NCBI RefSeq assembly: GCF_001194135.2
Contig: NC_069002.1
Coordinates: forward strand, 1,755,528-1,792,925
DNA length: 37,398 nucleotides
Direction of reading: 5' to 3'
Source of the DNA: Octopus bimaculoides
Lineage: Eukaryota
In this document: in pieces, positions 22,318 to 34,539 of the stretch
Position numbering within the stretch: the first letter of the stretch is position 1
Layout: the number at the start of each line of letters is the position of its first letter
Made by a program: the position numbers and the translations under genes
Notes under the pieces: model-generated
What the model saw: the letters and a program-made list of their open reading frames with translations, nothing else
The model's database searches: none
What the model was told of the DNA's origin: nothing

Positions 22318-23875
22318 CGTACATGTTCATACAAGTACACGCTTATGTAAACACACAACGTTTCATCTAAGTGTATATGTGCGTGTGCATGTATATATGT
22401 GAGCGTGTGTGTATAGATACACATATATGTACACTCCTACATAAACAGGCACCGGTGCACCTATATATATATATGCGCATTGATATAGGCTCCACACTAC
22501 ACAATACATAGAAATACACACGTACACACACAAGCATACACGCTCTCATTTAGCTTTACACATGAATACACATGACAACACTTTTAAAGCAGTCATTTAC
22601 AAACACGTACAATCACTTAGACACCTTCACACAAACAGATGTTTGACAACCTTGATGGGTTTGTAAGAGAGCGGCAGAAACTATTAAAATCATCCTGATG
22701 GGTGGTATGCGAATTGTATGAAAATAGTTAAGGGTGATCACAGGTCAAAATCACCGCCGCATTATTCCATACTTACGTCCATAACACCCTACACCGTACC
22801 GCATCATAGGACATTCGCCACAAAACAATATTTCGGCGAAATGTTGAAGTTACTGCTAATTAATTTATTATATATACGTATGTATGTATACACACATACA
22901 CATACACAGACACGTATATATATATNNNNNNNNNNNNNNNNNNNNNNNNNNNNNNNNNNNNNNNNNNNNNNNNNNNNNNNNNNNNNNNNNNNNNNNNNNN
23001 NNNNNNNNNNNNNNNNNNNNNNNNNNNNNNNNNNNNNNNNNNNNNNNNNNNNNNNNNNNNNNNNNNNNNNNNNNNNNNNNNNNNNNNNNNNNNNNNNNNN
23101 NNNNNNNNNNNNNNNNNNNNNNNNNNNNNNNNNNNNNNNNNNNNNNNNNNNNNNNNNNNNNNNNNNNNNNNNNNNNNNNNNNNNNNNNNNNNNNNNNNNN
23201 NNNNNNNNNNNNNNNNNNNNNNNNNNNNNNNNNNNNNNNNNNNNNNNNNNNNNNNNNNNNNNNNNNNNNNNNNNNNNNNNNNNNNNNNNNNNNNNNNNNN
23301 NNNNNNNNNNNNNNNNNNNNNNNNNNNNNNNNNNNNNNNNNNNNNNNNNNNNNNNNNNNNNNNNNNNNNNNNNNNNNNNNNNNNNNNNNNNNNNNNNNNN
23401 NNNNNNNNNNNNNNNNNNNNNNNNNNNNNNNNNNNNNNNNNNNNNNNNNNNNNNNNNNNNNNNNNNNNNNNNNNNNNNNNNNNNNNNNNNNNNNNNNNNN
23501 NNNNNNNNNNNNNNNNNNNNNNNNNNNNNNNNNNNNNNNNNNNNNNNNNNNNNNNNNNNNNNNNNNNNNNNNNNNNNNNNNNNNNNNNNNNNNNNNNNNN
23601 NNNNNNNNNNNNNNNNNNNNNNNNNNNNNNNNNNNNNNNNNNNNNNNNNNNNNNNNNNNNNNNNNNNNNNNNNNNNNNNNNNNNNNNGGGGTGTAGCGTG
23701 GGTAGCGTGAGATGAATACGGGTGGAGAAAGGGGTGCATGAGCGAATAATTGTGTGCGATTCGTTTGGACTCTAATTACACAGAGGCATTGCTGGGGTGG
23801 ACTGGACAATGGTTTGTTTAACATGACAGCTTTGCAGTTAGTCACACGTAGATAACCGGAAATACGAGGTCGTCA

Positions 23876-24280
23876 CTGTTGTTGTTGTTGTTGTTGTTGT
23901 GGGCGGTGGAGGTGGTGGTAGTTCTGATGATGGTGGTGGTTCTGGAGGTGACTGAGGTGATGATGATGGTGATGAGAGTCGTGGTGGTGGTGGTGGTGGT
24001 GGTGGTGGTGGAGATGATGATTCTGATGATGATGACGATGATGACGATGACGAAGATGATGACGATAATAATGATGGTGATTGTGGTAATGAGATAGTGA
24101 TACTGATGGTGGCGGAGTTAGTAAATGATGAAAAAAATGATGACGACGACGATAGTGATGATGATGATGATGATGATTATCATGGCGATGACGATGCAAC
24201 GACGACGATGACAATGACACCGGTGGTGACGGCGGTGATGACAACTACAATGATGACGACGATGGCGACGACGACGATAT
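23876..24280. repeat. Degenerate GTT/GGT/GAT/GAC triplet tract
   Basis: Direct reading of the sequence. It is the source of the poly-H/D/V ORFs. Confidence 0.85.
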
Positions 24281-24284
24281 GGAG

Positions 24285-24807
24285 GTTCGAACATCGAAGC
24301 TGATTGAGAAAATTCGGAATATTTTGGACGAAGGCTGTCATGTGTCTGTAAAGACAATAAACATACAGTTCAGAAGTTCGTGTGACAACTGTACTCAGAA
24401 ATATTCATGAAGATCTGAACATGCGCAAAATTTGTGCATAATTTGTTCTTAGGGTTCTTCAGGGACGAACATCCTGTAACCAACAATTTGACAAGGATAG
24501 GCATCAAAGACTTCTCTCGTGCTCCCTGCTGTCCATACTTTGCTCCTTCTGACTTTTGGTTTTGTTCCCCAAGCTGAAGGAAAACATTCAGAAGTTGTTT
24601 TGAAGATGAAAGAGGCTGTGACAAGGACCAGGGCACCTTCCTATTTGAAGAACGATCATGGAGCCTTCATGAAGTGGTTGGAGCACTACAGCAAGTCCAT
24701 TGAAGTCAAAGGATCCAACTTAAAGGAGATTAGAGTTTTATGTTTCTTTGAAATTAATAAAAGTCTCTCCTGAAGAAGTCTAAGAACTTCTGGAACGCAC
24801 CTTTGTA
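24285..24807 (+). mobile_element. Decayed mariner (Tc1/mariner) DNA transposon: 5'-truncated, internally deleted, right TIR retained
   Basis: Broken translation gives VRTSKLIEKIRNILDEGCHVSVKTINIQF, then NIHEDLNMRKICA*FVLRVL (the mariner WVPHEL region). It continues IGIKDFSRAPCCPYFAPSDFW/LFPKLKEN (the YSPDLAPxD motif carrying the last catalytic D) and GAFMKWLEHYSKSIEVKGSNLKE. A TIR-like agtctaagaacttctggaacgcacctttg at 24777-24805 is followed by TA. Confidence 0.8.
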
Positions 24808-25299
24808 CAATGCTAAATACTACACCTCTCCCAAAGTAGAAAAGACAGTTTGCTAATCTCAGGAATGTCTTTTGACTATAAATTCGCTTAGTCAAAGTTG
24901 CTGATCTTGGGGCTAAGCAACAACATCAACAACAACGACGACAACAACAACAACAGCATCACAAAACAATAACAAAACAAAACTAAGACCCTTACAGTGA
25001 CGTCTATTTTGAAGACTATACGGAGTTTTGACAACGTTCACCTCGGATCGCTAACCACCATCGCTTAGATAAAATGGGTTTTCACGCCTCAGGGGGTCGC
25101 TTCTTTCTTCTTTCGACCCCCATAAATGTGTATATATATATGTATATACATATATNNNNNNNNNNNNNNNNNNNNNNNNNNNNNNNNNNNNNNNNNNNNN
25201 NNNNNNNNNNNNNNNNNNNNNNNNNNNNNNNNNNNNNNNNNNNNNNNNNNNNNNNNNNNNNNNNNNNNNNNNNNNNNNNNNNNNNNNNNNNNNNNNNNN

Positions 25300-25360
<61 letters not shown>

Positions 25361-26460
25361 GTGTGTGTGTGTGTGTATGTATATGTATAGTGAGAGATAT
25401 ATGCACAGACTCTTTTATATAAATATTTATGAATATAATGATATAGTTTGGTGTAAATCATGTTTGTTTATGCATATGTGTATACGTATATATGTATGTA
25501 TGTGTGTATATATGGGTGTATGTATACTTACACATAATTATACATAATGCCTTTATGTGTGCATGTGCTTGTGTGCGTTTCTGTATGGGTTTGTTTTCGT
25601 TTATAGTTCAATGACTCTTCACCATTGTTTATTGTGTTGAAGTGTTACACCTGTGTCGTCGCTGTGTTCATTGTTGTTGTTGCTATTGTTGTTATTGATG
25701 TTGTTGATGTTGATGATGATGATGATGATGTTCTTATTTTAGCTACTTCCTTATACAGTCACCAGCACAGAACACCAATTATTCTTATAGAGAAAACATT
25801 TAAACGTAACCATATAAACATCCAGCGAAACGTATTCTCATACACCATACTCAGCCGTACGCACATAGAGGCATAGCGTATATACAAAGCACAGTGAAAT
25901 ATACATACATACATACATACATACANNNNNNNNNNNNNNNNNNNNNNNNNNNNNNNNNNNNNNNNNNNNNNNNNNNNNNNNNNNNNNNNNNNNNNNNNNN
26001 NNNNNNNNNNNNNNNNNNNNNNNNNTAAACAAACACCACCACCACTACCATCGTCTGCTGAAACATTGGGACCATTCTCATAGAAGCTAATGCAAAAGAG
26101 GTTTTGGAAATCTTTTTTATTTATTTATTTATTATTTTTTTTTTTTTTGAATAACCAGAAAAAACTCACTATATAGTAGTAGAAGCTATGTTGAAATGGT
26201 TCATTTCTGACCAGATACCGATATTGAGACAATTCTTTCCCAGTCCTATTTCGAAGATATGGCAAATATTATTAGCCCGGATGTCACATCCATTTTTTTG
26301 TCACGTACGTCACACCACGTAAATGAAATTTGTGACAGCATGTTTCATAGTATGTATAAATTAGTAAAATATAAAATATTTATTTATGCACAAAAAATAG
26401 GGCTGACAGTATTATGAGGCTATGAGGGAAGCGGTAGCCCAAAACGTTTGAGAACCTAAC

Positions 26461-26540
26461 CCTTCAAGGCGGTGCCCAGCATGGCTGCAGTCCAATGACT
26501 GAAACAAACGAAAGATTAAAAGATTAAAAGATAAAAGATA
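26461..26540 (+). mobile_element. SINE family B 3'-tail fragment
   Basis: ccttcaaggcggtgcccagcatggctgcagtccaatgactgaaacaa followed by an (aaagat)n tail. Confidence 0.7.
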
Positions 26541-26841
26541 AACAAAAAGATTTCTTAGATTTGACACTTTACAGGCAAACAAATAATTTCGAAAGAATTA
26601 AATACAGACAAACATGCTTCTACATGCAGTCACATGTAGCGTCTTCTATTGCACGCTGAGAAATACACTTTCACGTGCGCAGTAGCACACCCACGGGCAT
26701 TGTTATGCAGACAGGAGACAGGCACAGGCACACACACACACACACACAAACACACACAAACACACGCACGCACGCAACTCAGAGATAAAGATACATGCAC
26801 CCACAAAACACATTTTCAACAGAGAGAGAGGGAGGGAGGGA

Positions 26842-26872
<31 letters not shown>

Positions 26873-27359
26873 GAGGAGAAAGAAAGATTCAGACAGACAG
26901 AGAAGGGAGGAGGAAAAGAAAAAGAGAAAGAAAATACCTGCACAACAGACAAGGCCAGACACACATACGTACACACACACATACACACACAAACATGCAC
27001 ACACACACACATACACACACACACACTCACACACACACATGTATATGTATTCTCGAATGCGTGTTCATACCTTACGCACATAGGCATGTAGGTACGTACG
27101 TTTGTATTCACCTAGAAACTTTAATAATTATTTGACCATAATTATATACAATTATGTACACACTCACACACACACACACGCAGACACACATATAAATATT
27201 TATACATCCACGCACAGATATCCATCCGTGTGGGTGCGTGTGCAATGCATTTCAGATGCCAATTGAGAACCTCGCCCTTAGTGGCCCACTAATAACTTCA
27301 CTGTTTTATTTCCAAGCCAAAACCATGTTTGAGTATTTTGTGGGTGCATACGGGCGTGG

Positions 27360-27474
27360 GAGGGAAGTGGCGGCGGCCGTGGAGGCGGTGGTGGTTGTGG
27401 TGGTGGTGGTGATGGTGGCGGAGACCACAGACGTGAGACGGAGACAGAGATATAGGGCGGAGACAGATGAAAAC

Positions 27475-27505
<31 letters not shown>

Positions 27506-27900
27506 AATAACAATGAGAAGATATAAAGGCGGAAAACAGTGAAAGCGATGACTACGATGGTGACGATGATGATGATGAAGTTGAAGATAGAGTTGACGGT
27601 GTCGATGATGATAATGGTGGTGGTAGTGATGGTGACAATGATGACGATGATGATGACGATAGTGGCGGTGGTTTTGGAGGTGGTTGTGGTGGTGCTGGTG
27701 ATGATGATGATCATATTAGTGGCAGTGGTGTTGAAGGTGGCTGGAGTTGGGCTGGAATTAGTTGTTGTTGTATATATGAATGTATATATGTATATATATA
27801 TACATGATGATGGCGGTGACGACATGGATGATAATGGTACGGTGGAGCTGCTGGTGGGTACGATGAGAACGATGACGACATTGAAGGAAGAGATAACCGG
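27360..27900. repeat. Degenerate GGT/GAT triplet tract with embedded (GAAA)n and (TA)n
   Basis: Direct reading of the sequence. Confidence 0.8.
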
Positions 27901-28066
27901 AGGAGTGTCCACCTCAAAAATACCTGTCACATACAGACCCGGACACATAACCAACAACAACAACGACAAATGGCTACTCTTTTCAACAACTGATTTGTCT
28001 TCAGAACTTTCTGTAGAAGGAGCTTACCACCACCCGCCGCCGCCTCCGCCTCCTCTTCCTCCGCTT

Positions 28067-28201
28067 TTCTTCTTCTTCTTCTTCTTCTTCTTCTTCTTCT
28101 TCTTCTTCTTCTTCTTCTTCTTCTTCTTCTTCTTCTTCTTCTTCTTCTTCTTCTTCTTCTTCTTCTTCTTCTTCTTCTTCTTCTTCTTCTTCTTCTTCTT
28201 C
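28067..28201. repeat. (TTC)n microsatellite, about 45 pure units
   Basis: Direct reading of the sequence. Confidence 0.97.
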
Positions 28202-28608
28202 GCCTTCTTCTATGCTTTCGAATTTCTTTGGTCTTTCTTCCATTCATTTTCTTCCTTTCTAAATAAATAAATAAATGGATAATGGGAGTGTCCGGGACAA
28301 AGTCTAGGCCGACCCGACATTCCAGTTCATCCCCATTCCTCAGACGATGCTGTAGTATGGTCGCTGTCCATTACCTGAAAGTAAGAAACCTGGGAAAAAG
28401 ATAGCGACTGTGGCGGATTATTCAAGGACAGTAGCACACACACACACGCACATACACGCACACACACAAATGGCCATTGGTGATGGAGACATGCTTCTTG
28501 TTATGCACTAATATACCAAACCTAGGAATACAATGAACGTATTAACATAGTTTTAATAATATATAGAAACTATATACATATTCTTACATGTATAGATAAA
28601 TATGCATG

Positions 28609-28642
<34 letters not shown>

Positions 28643-29085
28643 NNNNNNNNNNNNNNNNNNNNNNNNNNNNNNNNNNNNNNNNNNNNNNNNNNNNNNNNNN
28701 NNNNNNNNNNNNNNNNNNNNNNNNNNNNNNNNNNNNNNNNNNNNNNNNNNNNNNNNNNNNNNNNNNNNNNNNNNNNNNNNNNNNNNNNNNNNNNNNNNNN
28801 NNNNNNNNNNNNNNNNNNNNNNNNNNNNNNNNNNNNNNNNNNNNNNNNNNNNNNNNNNNNNNNNNNNNNNNNNNNNNNNNNNNNNNNNNNNNNNNNNNNN
28901 NNNNNNNNNNNNNNNNNNNNNNNNNNNNNNNNNNNNNNNNNNNNNNNNNNNNNNNNNNNNNNNNNNNNNNNNNNNNNNNNNNNNNNNNNNNNNNNNNNNN
29001 NNNNNNNNNNNNNNNNNNNNNNNNNNNNNNNNNNNNTATTAACATAGTTTTAATATATATATAATTACATATTCTTATAAATATG

Positions 29086-29138
<53 letters not shown>

Positions 29139-29317
29139 GTACATAAATGTACATATTCTTATATATATATGTATATTTATATAGGTATATGTGTGTAAAT
29201 ATATGTGTATATGTGTATGACTGTGTGATAGGCTGGACAAAAGAGAGAAAGAGGGAGAAAGAGGAGGAGAGAGAAAGAGAGAGAAAAGGAGAGAGAGAGG
29301 GAGGAAGAGGAAAGAGA

Positions 29318-29373
<56 letters not shown>

Positions 29374-29995
29374 AGTGCAAAGAGGGAATGAGAGAAACAA
29401 AGAAGGCCGTCTGTTGTTTTCTGTGATAATTAGTCACCTGTTTAGAGGTGACAATGGCGTTGATAGTGTCGCCAGCCGGACTCTGGGTGACAGGCTGAGA
29501 GTACGGGTTGTCTGGTGATGGTGATGCTGTTAGCAGCAGCAGACCATGANNNNNNNNNNNNNNNNNNNNNNNNNNNNNNNNNNNNNNNNNNNNNNNNNNN
29601 NNNNNNNNNNNNNNNNNNNNNNNNNNNNNNNNNNNNNNNNNNNNNNNNNNNNNNNNNNNNNNNNNNNNNNNNNNNNNNNNNNNNNNNNNNNNNNNNNNNN
29701 NNNNNNNNNNNNNNNNNNNNNNNNNNNNNNNNNNNNNNNNNNNNNNNNNNNNNNNNNNNNNNNNNNNNNNNNNNNNNNNNNNNNNNNNNNNNNNNNNNNN
29801 NNNNNNNNNNNNNNNNNNNNNNNNNNNNNNNNNNNNNNNNNNNNNNNNNNNNNNNNNNNNNNNNNNNNNNNNNNNNNNNNNNNNNNNNNNNNNNNNNNNN
29901 NNNNNNNNNNNNNNNNNNNNNNNNNNNNNNNNNNNNNNNNNNNNNNNNNNNNNNNNNNNNNNNNNNNNNNNNNNNNNNNNNNNNNNNNNNNNNNN

Positions 29996-30048
<53 letters not shown>

Positions 30049-30511
30049 AAGTGCATGTGCTTATCTGGTCGACTGTGTTTATGTGTATGCATATGTATAT
30101 ACGGACGTATGATTGTGTGTGTGTGTGTCTTTATGTGCGTGTTTGTGTATGTGTATACATATACCTGATATGACCGACTGACTCCATTTTTCCCCTCGCT
30201 CCTACCACAATAAATAAATAAAAACAAATTTTAACAAAAGTCTTCAAAATGTCATAGGTATGTTATTTCCTTCAGATGGCGATGTTGGCGAAGTTAGTGG
30301 TTATCTAAATTAAGGGGGTGGCTGGTTGGGTGGATGGTTTTACCGTTGTAATGAGAGGAAAAATTAAGGAGCGGAGTATAATGAAGAGGGATGTGGTGGA
30401 AGGTAGAGGGAAGAAATAACACCTACCACTCCCAACCGCACAGTTGTATATATGTCTGTATATAAATATGTATATGGGTATATGTATATATTTATGTATA
30501 AATGAATATAC

Positions 30512-30565
<54 letters not shown>

Positions 30566-30575
30566 NNNNNNNNNN

Positions 30576-30618
<43 letters not shown>

Positions 30619-30792
30619 TTATGTATATATTTATATATGCATATATACACACATATATACATAAGTGTATATGTGTATGTGTGTTTGTGTATATATATAC
30701 ACATATATATACATATGTATATTTATATAAATATATATTATATATGTAGGTATATATACGGTATATATGTCTGAATATATATATGTGGGTGG

Positions 30793-30854
<62 letters not shown>

Positions 30855-31357
30855 TAGTGTGTCTGCACGCGCGTATAACAAAACAAAACGTGAAAGAACA
30901 AACGGAACTAGGAAGCAGGCAGAACCGTTTTGTTGAGCTTCGCTGGAATTCAATAGAATTCCAGTGAGCCTCCTGATATTTACCTGATACAGTCAAGTGT
31001 TTCTTTGGGGGTGGTTGTCAAGGAAATTGTAGACTTCTAACTATGACTAAACAAAGAATTATCACTGTGACCAAAGATGGTGCCATATGTCCTTATGTCG
31101 CCTACTTAATTCTCTGAGATTAATAATTTTTTCTTTCTGTTAGCTTTTCATTTTTTCTCTCATTTTCTTTCTTTTTCTGATATTACTTCCGAAATCTATG
31201 AAGCAACAGACATCGTTTCTTAAGAAAGGAAAATTGTTGCCGTTTGTTCTTTTTTCTTTTCTTTTTTTTTTTTGTTGTAAGACAATATGCGCTGACATCA
31301 TCATCGCCAATCCTCGCCACCAATGTGTGTCCGTGTTTGTAACATAGATAGATAGAC

Positions 31358-31418
<61 letters not shown>

Positions 31419-31462
31419 CATTCATACATACACACATACATACATACATACATACATACATA

Positions 31463-31606
31463 CGGAGTGGCTGTGTGGAAAGAAGCTTGCTTCCTAACCA
31501 CATAGTTCTAGGTTCAGTTCCACTGCATGGCATCTTCGGCAAGTGTCTTTTACTATAGCCTCGGGCCGACTAAAGCCTTGTGTGTGGATTTGGTTGACGG
31601 AAACTC
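31463..31606 (+). mobile_element. SINE family B, 5' part
   Basis: ggagtggctgtgtggaaagaagcttgcttcctaaccacatagttctaggttcagttccactgc...tatagcctcgggccgactaaagccttgtgtgtggatttggttgacggaaact. Confidence 0.85.
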
Positions 31607-31640
31607 AGTGTGTGTGTGTATGAATGTGTATATATATATC

Positions 31641-31692
<52 letters not shown>

Positions 31693-31756
31693 CTTTTACT
31701 TGCATTTGGACAGGCCATTGTTGGACTGCAGCCTTGCTGGGCCATGCCTTGAAGGA
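31693..31756 (-). mobile_element. SINE family B 3'-tail fragment
   Basis: cttttacttgcatt...ggactgcagccttgctgggccatgccttgaagg, similar to the 21944 fragment. Confidence 0.55.
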
Positions 31757-31859
31757 TTTAATATAAACAAAACGACCCCGTACTTATTTTTCAGAAGTCT
31801 AACGCTAGATCTGTGCTATAGGCTGTGGTCATCTGTGCTATTGGCTGTGGTCGGTGTTG

Positions 31860-32040
31860 TTTAAACCCCCTGATCAAGCAATAACGAAAGACATAACAGC
31901 CGTGACCATTCCATCTTTTTTCAAGTGTCAAGTATATAATCCTTCCCAGATTACATTATGTTAGACATCATGTTTCAAAACGGCAAGGTACGACTGAAGA
32001 GAAATTTAACTGCTATTTCTAGCCCATCACCTGACCATAT
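31860..32040 (+). mobile_element. Repeat family D copy
   Basis: ccctgatcaagca...cagccgtgaccattccatc...gaaatttaactgctatttctagc, with the core at 32011-32023. Confidence 0.5.
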
Positions 32041-32345
32041 AGTAGCACATCCTACCCTTCTTAGTTCAAACTCTCACACGGTCGTGTATGTTAGCGGTGA
32101 TGGTGGTGTGTTCGTAATGATCTTAGCAACGGTGGTTATTGTAATACTCGGGGTGAAGTGTGGACGGGTGGAATGGTGGTAGGTGAAGCTTAGACACTTA
32201 CCCGTCATGAAAAGGTGGCGGGTGTCAGATGTGTTTTTTAGAGAAGCTCACGAGATCTCAACTACTTTTTAACTAACGTTGTATGCCCACCCCGAATGAT
32301 TGACAGTAATTCCACTCCCTTAACTAGAAACGGACAATTTCATCA

Positions 32346-32362
32346 TCATCAACAACAACACT

Positions 32363-32400
<38 letters not shown>

Positions 32401-32860
32401 ACACAATAACAACGATAACAATTATAGCAATGTCCCTAATAACAACAATATCAAGAGCAGCGACATCTATCGCAACAATAGTGTTAGAAATAACATTAGC
32501 AACAACAACAACAACAATGGTAACAAAGATTGTGACAAAGTTACCGTCAACATCAACGACAAAGATAGTAACTCTATCAAGTCCGCAACAACGCTGTCAT
32601 CAACAACGACGAAGTTGCCGCTGACGACAGCTTCAGAAATAACAGACGGTAATAACGTCGCCAACGCGACGGGAATTGACAACAGCGTCAATAATAACGT
32701 CAGCCACAATAACGTCACCGCCACCATCTCTATATTAACAACTGTAACATCAGCAGCAACAACAGTAACAACAACAACAACAACAACAACAGCAGCAGCA
32801 GCAGCAGTAGAAGCAGCAACAACAACGACGACAACAACGTCATCGACCACATTGTCTCAA
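32346..32860. repeat. Degenerate AAC/GAC/GCA triplet tract
   Basis: Direct reading of the sequence. Confidence 0.8.
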
Positions 32861-32868
32861 AGAGCATG

Positions 32869-33072
32869 AACAACAACGAAGACAATGTCAACAGCAGCGT
32901 CATCCCCGACAACGTCACCACTGTCAACAACGAAGACAATGTTGACAATAATAACGTCAACCCCGACAACGTCACCACTGTCAACAACGAAGACGATGTT
33001 GACAATAATAACGTCAACCCCGACAACGTCACCACTGTCAACAACGAAGACGATGTTGACAACAATAACGTC
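32869..33072 (+). repeat. 57-bp minisatellite, about 3.5 units
   Basis: Unit aacaacgaagac(a/g)atgttgacaataataacgtcaaccccgacaacgtcaccactgtc. It reads in frame as NNED(N/D)VDNNNVNPDNVTTV repeats. Confidence 0.9.
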
Positions 33073-33230
33073 AGCCGTTACGTTCTGAGTTCAAATTCCA
33101 CCGAGGTCGACTTTGCCTTTCATCCTTTCGGGTTCGATAAATTAAGTACTAGTTGCGTACTAGGGTCGATCTAATCGACTGGCCCGTTCCCCCAAAATTT
33201 CGGGCCTTGTGCCTAGAGTAGAAATGAATA
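33073..33230 (+). mobile_element. SINE family A, 5'-truncated
   Basis: tacgttctgagttcaaattccaccgaggtcgactttgcctttcatcctttcgggttcgataaattaagtactagttgcgtactagggtcgatctaatcgact...gggccttgtgcctagagtagaaa. Confidence 0.88.
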
Positions 33231-33360
33231 TATGCCTGTCAGAGTTGACTTGCGGTTAAAGACGACGATGACGACTTCAACAAGAACACCAAATATTTTT
33301 TTCTAATTTCGATACAAGTCCATCAATTTTAGAGGGGAGAGGGCAAATATAAAAGGAAAG

Positions 33361-33450
33361 TAAGCCAACGAGGGAGCAGCTAGGTGGTAGCTCCATATTC
33401 TAGAAATAGCAGGCAAATTGCTTTTAAATCTCACTCAGGAGAACATTTAG
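33361..33450 (-). mobile_element. Repeat family D 3' part
   Basis: ctagaaatagca at 33400-33411 is the reverse complement of the family D core. Confidence 0.5.
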
Positions 33451-34096
33451 AATGATTTAGTCTGCGGTACATTTTTCTGCAAGGATTTTCTTGGTTGGAT
33501 AACCTTCGAATATTTGCCAACTCGAACGGAGCCGATATGGATAGAGTGAAAGAACCTGATTAAACAACTGTATACTAGTCGTCGAAACCGACGGAGAATC
33601 TCTTGTGTATGTGTGTGTGTGTATGTGTGTGTGTGTAAGATGTGTGTGTGTGTGTTTGTGTAAGGTGTGTACGATGAGGTATTTGTGTGTAGCTGTGTTG
33701 AAGTAGCCGTGTGAGCCTGTACGTGTGTTTGTTTTGGTAGGTAAGAGCGTGACTGGAAGAGCAGTGTAAAATGTGTTTGCGTCAGCGGATCTGACTGTGT
33801 GTGTGTGTGTGTGTGTTAAGATGGAAGGGTGAGTGTATGTATGATTGTAGGTATGTGTTGGAAAACGGTAGTTAATTAAAAGTGTTGGAGAGTGAGAGAG
33901 AGAGAAAGAGAGGGAGAGGGAGACAGAGAGAAATAGGCAGAGAGAAACACAGACTGAGAGGGTGCCCTGTCAGTAGTTTTTAGGGAAGGGCACCGAGGTG
34001 TAGCAGGCTGAGAAGGGGAAACAATTGAAGACCTTCTCTCCCTGAAATACTCATTTGTCAACACCTGTAAGGTCAGTGCCTTTGTCCCCCCTCCCC

Positions 34097-34132
<36 letters not shown>

Positions 34133-34539
34133 NNNNNNNNNNNNNNNNNNNNNNNNNNNNNNNNNNNNNNNNNNNNNNNNNNNNNNNNNNNNNNNNNNNN
34201 NNNNNNNNNNNNNNNNNNNNNNNNNNNNNNNNNNNNNNNNNNNNNNNNNNNNNNNNNNNNNNNNNNNNNNNNNNNNNNNGCTTCTCTCTCTCGCTTGACT
34301 TGTCACACAGTTGTCAGCCGACCGTTCAAGGGTGGGTGGCCCTTACAGTTTATCTATTATGTTGACCCCTTCCCCCAACTCCCTTCGTACTTCATTGATA
34401 CACGTCTGACTGCCACAGACAGAGGGGAGAAGGAGGATAGAATGTTTGAGAGAGAGTTGAATGATCGAGAGAGAGAGAGAGAGAGAGTGTGTGTGTGTGT
34501 GTGTGGAAGAGAGACTGAGAGAAAGGTGGAAGTTGCTGT

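Noticed and set aside
27298-28270. 223-aa and 243-aa ORFs and poly-E/R/F ORFs
   Set aside because: They arise entirely from GGT/GAT/TTC triplet repeats that lack stops. There is no domain content or splice support.
28270-28400. Possible second mariner YSPDLAP-like fragment
   Set aside because: The similarity (VHPHSSD) is too weak to support.
28540-29165. Duplicated tattaacatagttttaata...acatattctta on both sides of a gap
   Set aside because: A duplication flanking an N-run is typical of unmerged contig ends or haplotype overlap.
32430-32869. Mucin-like T/A/N-rich ORFs
   Set aside because: They come from a degenerate AAC/GCA triplet tract that is open in several frames on both strands, as expected for low-complexity DNA.
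32869-33072. CRISPR-like array
   Set aside because: The units are contiguous tandem repeats with no unique spacers, the context is eukaryotic and there are no cas genes.
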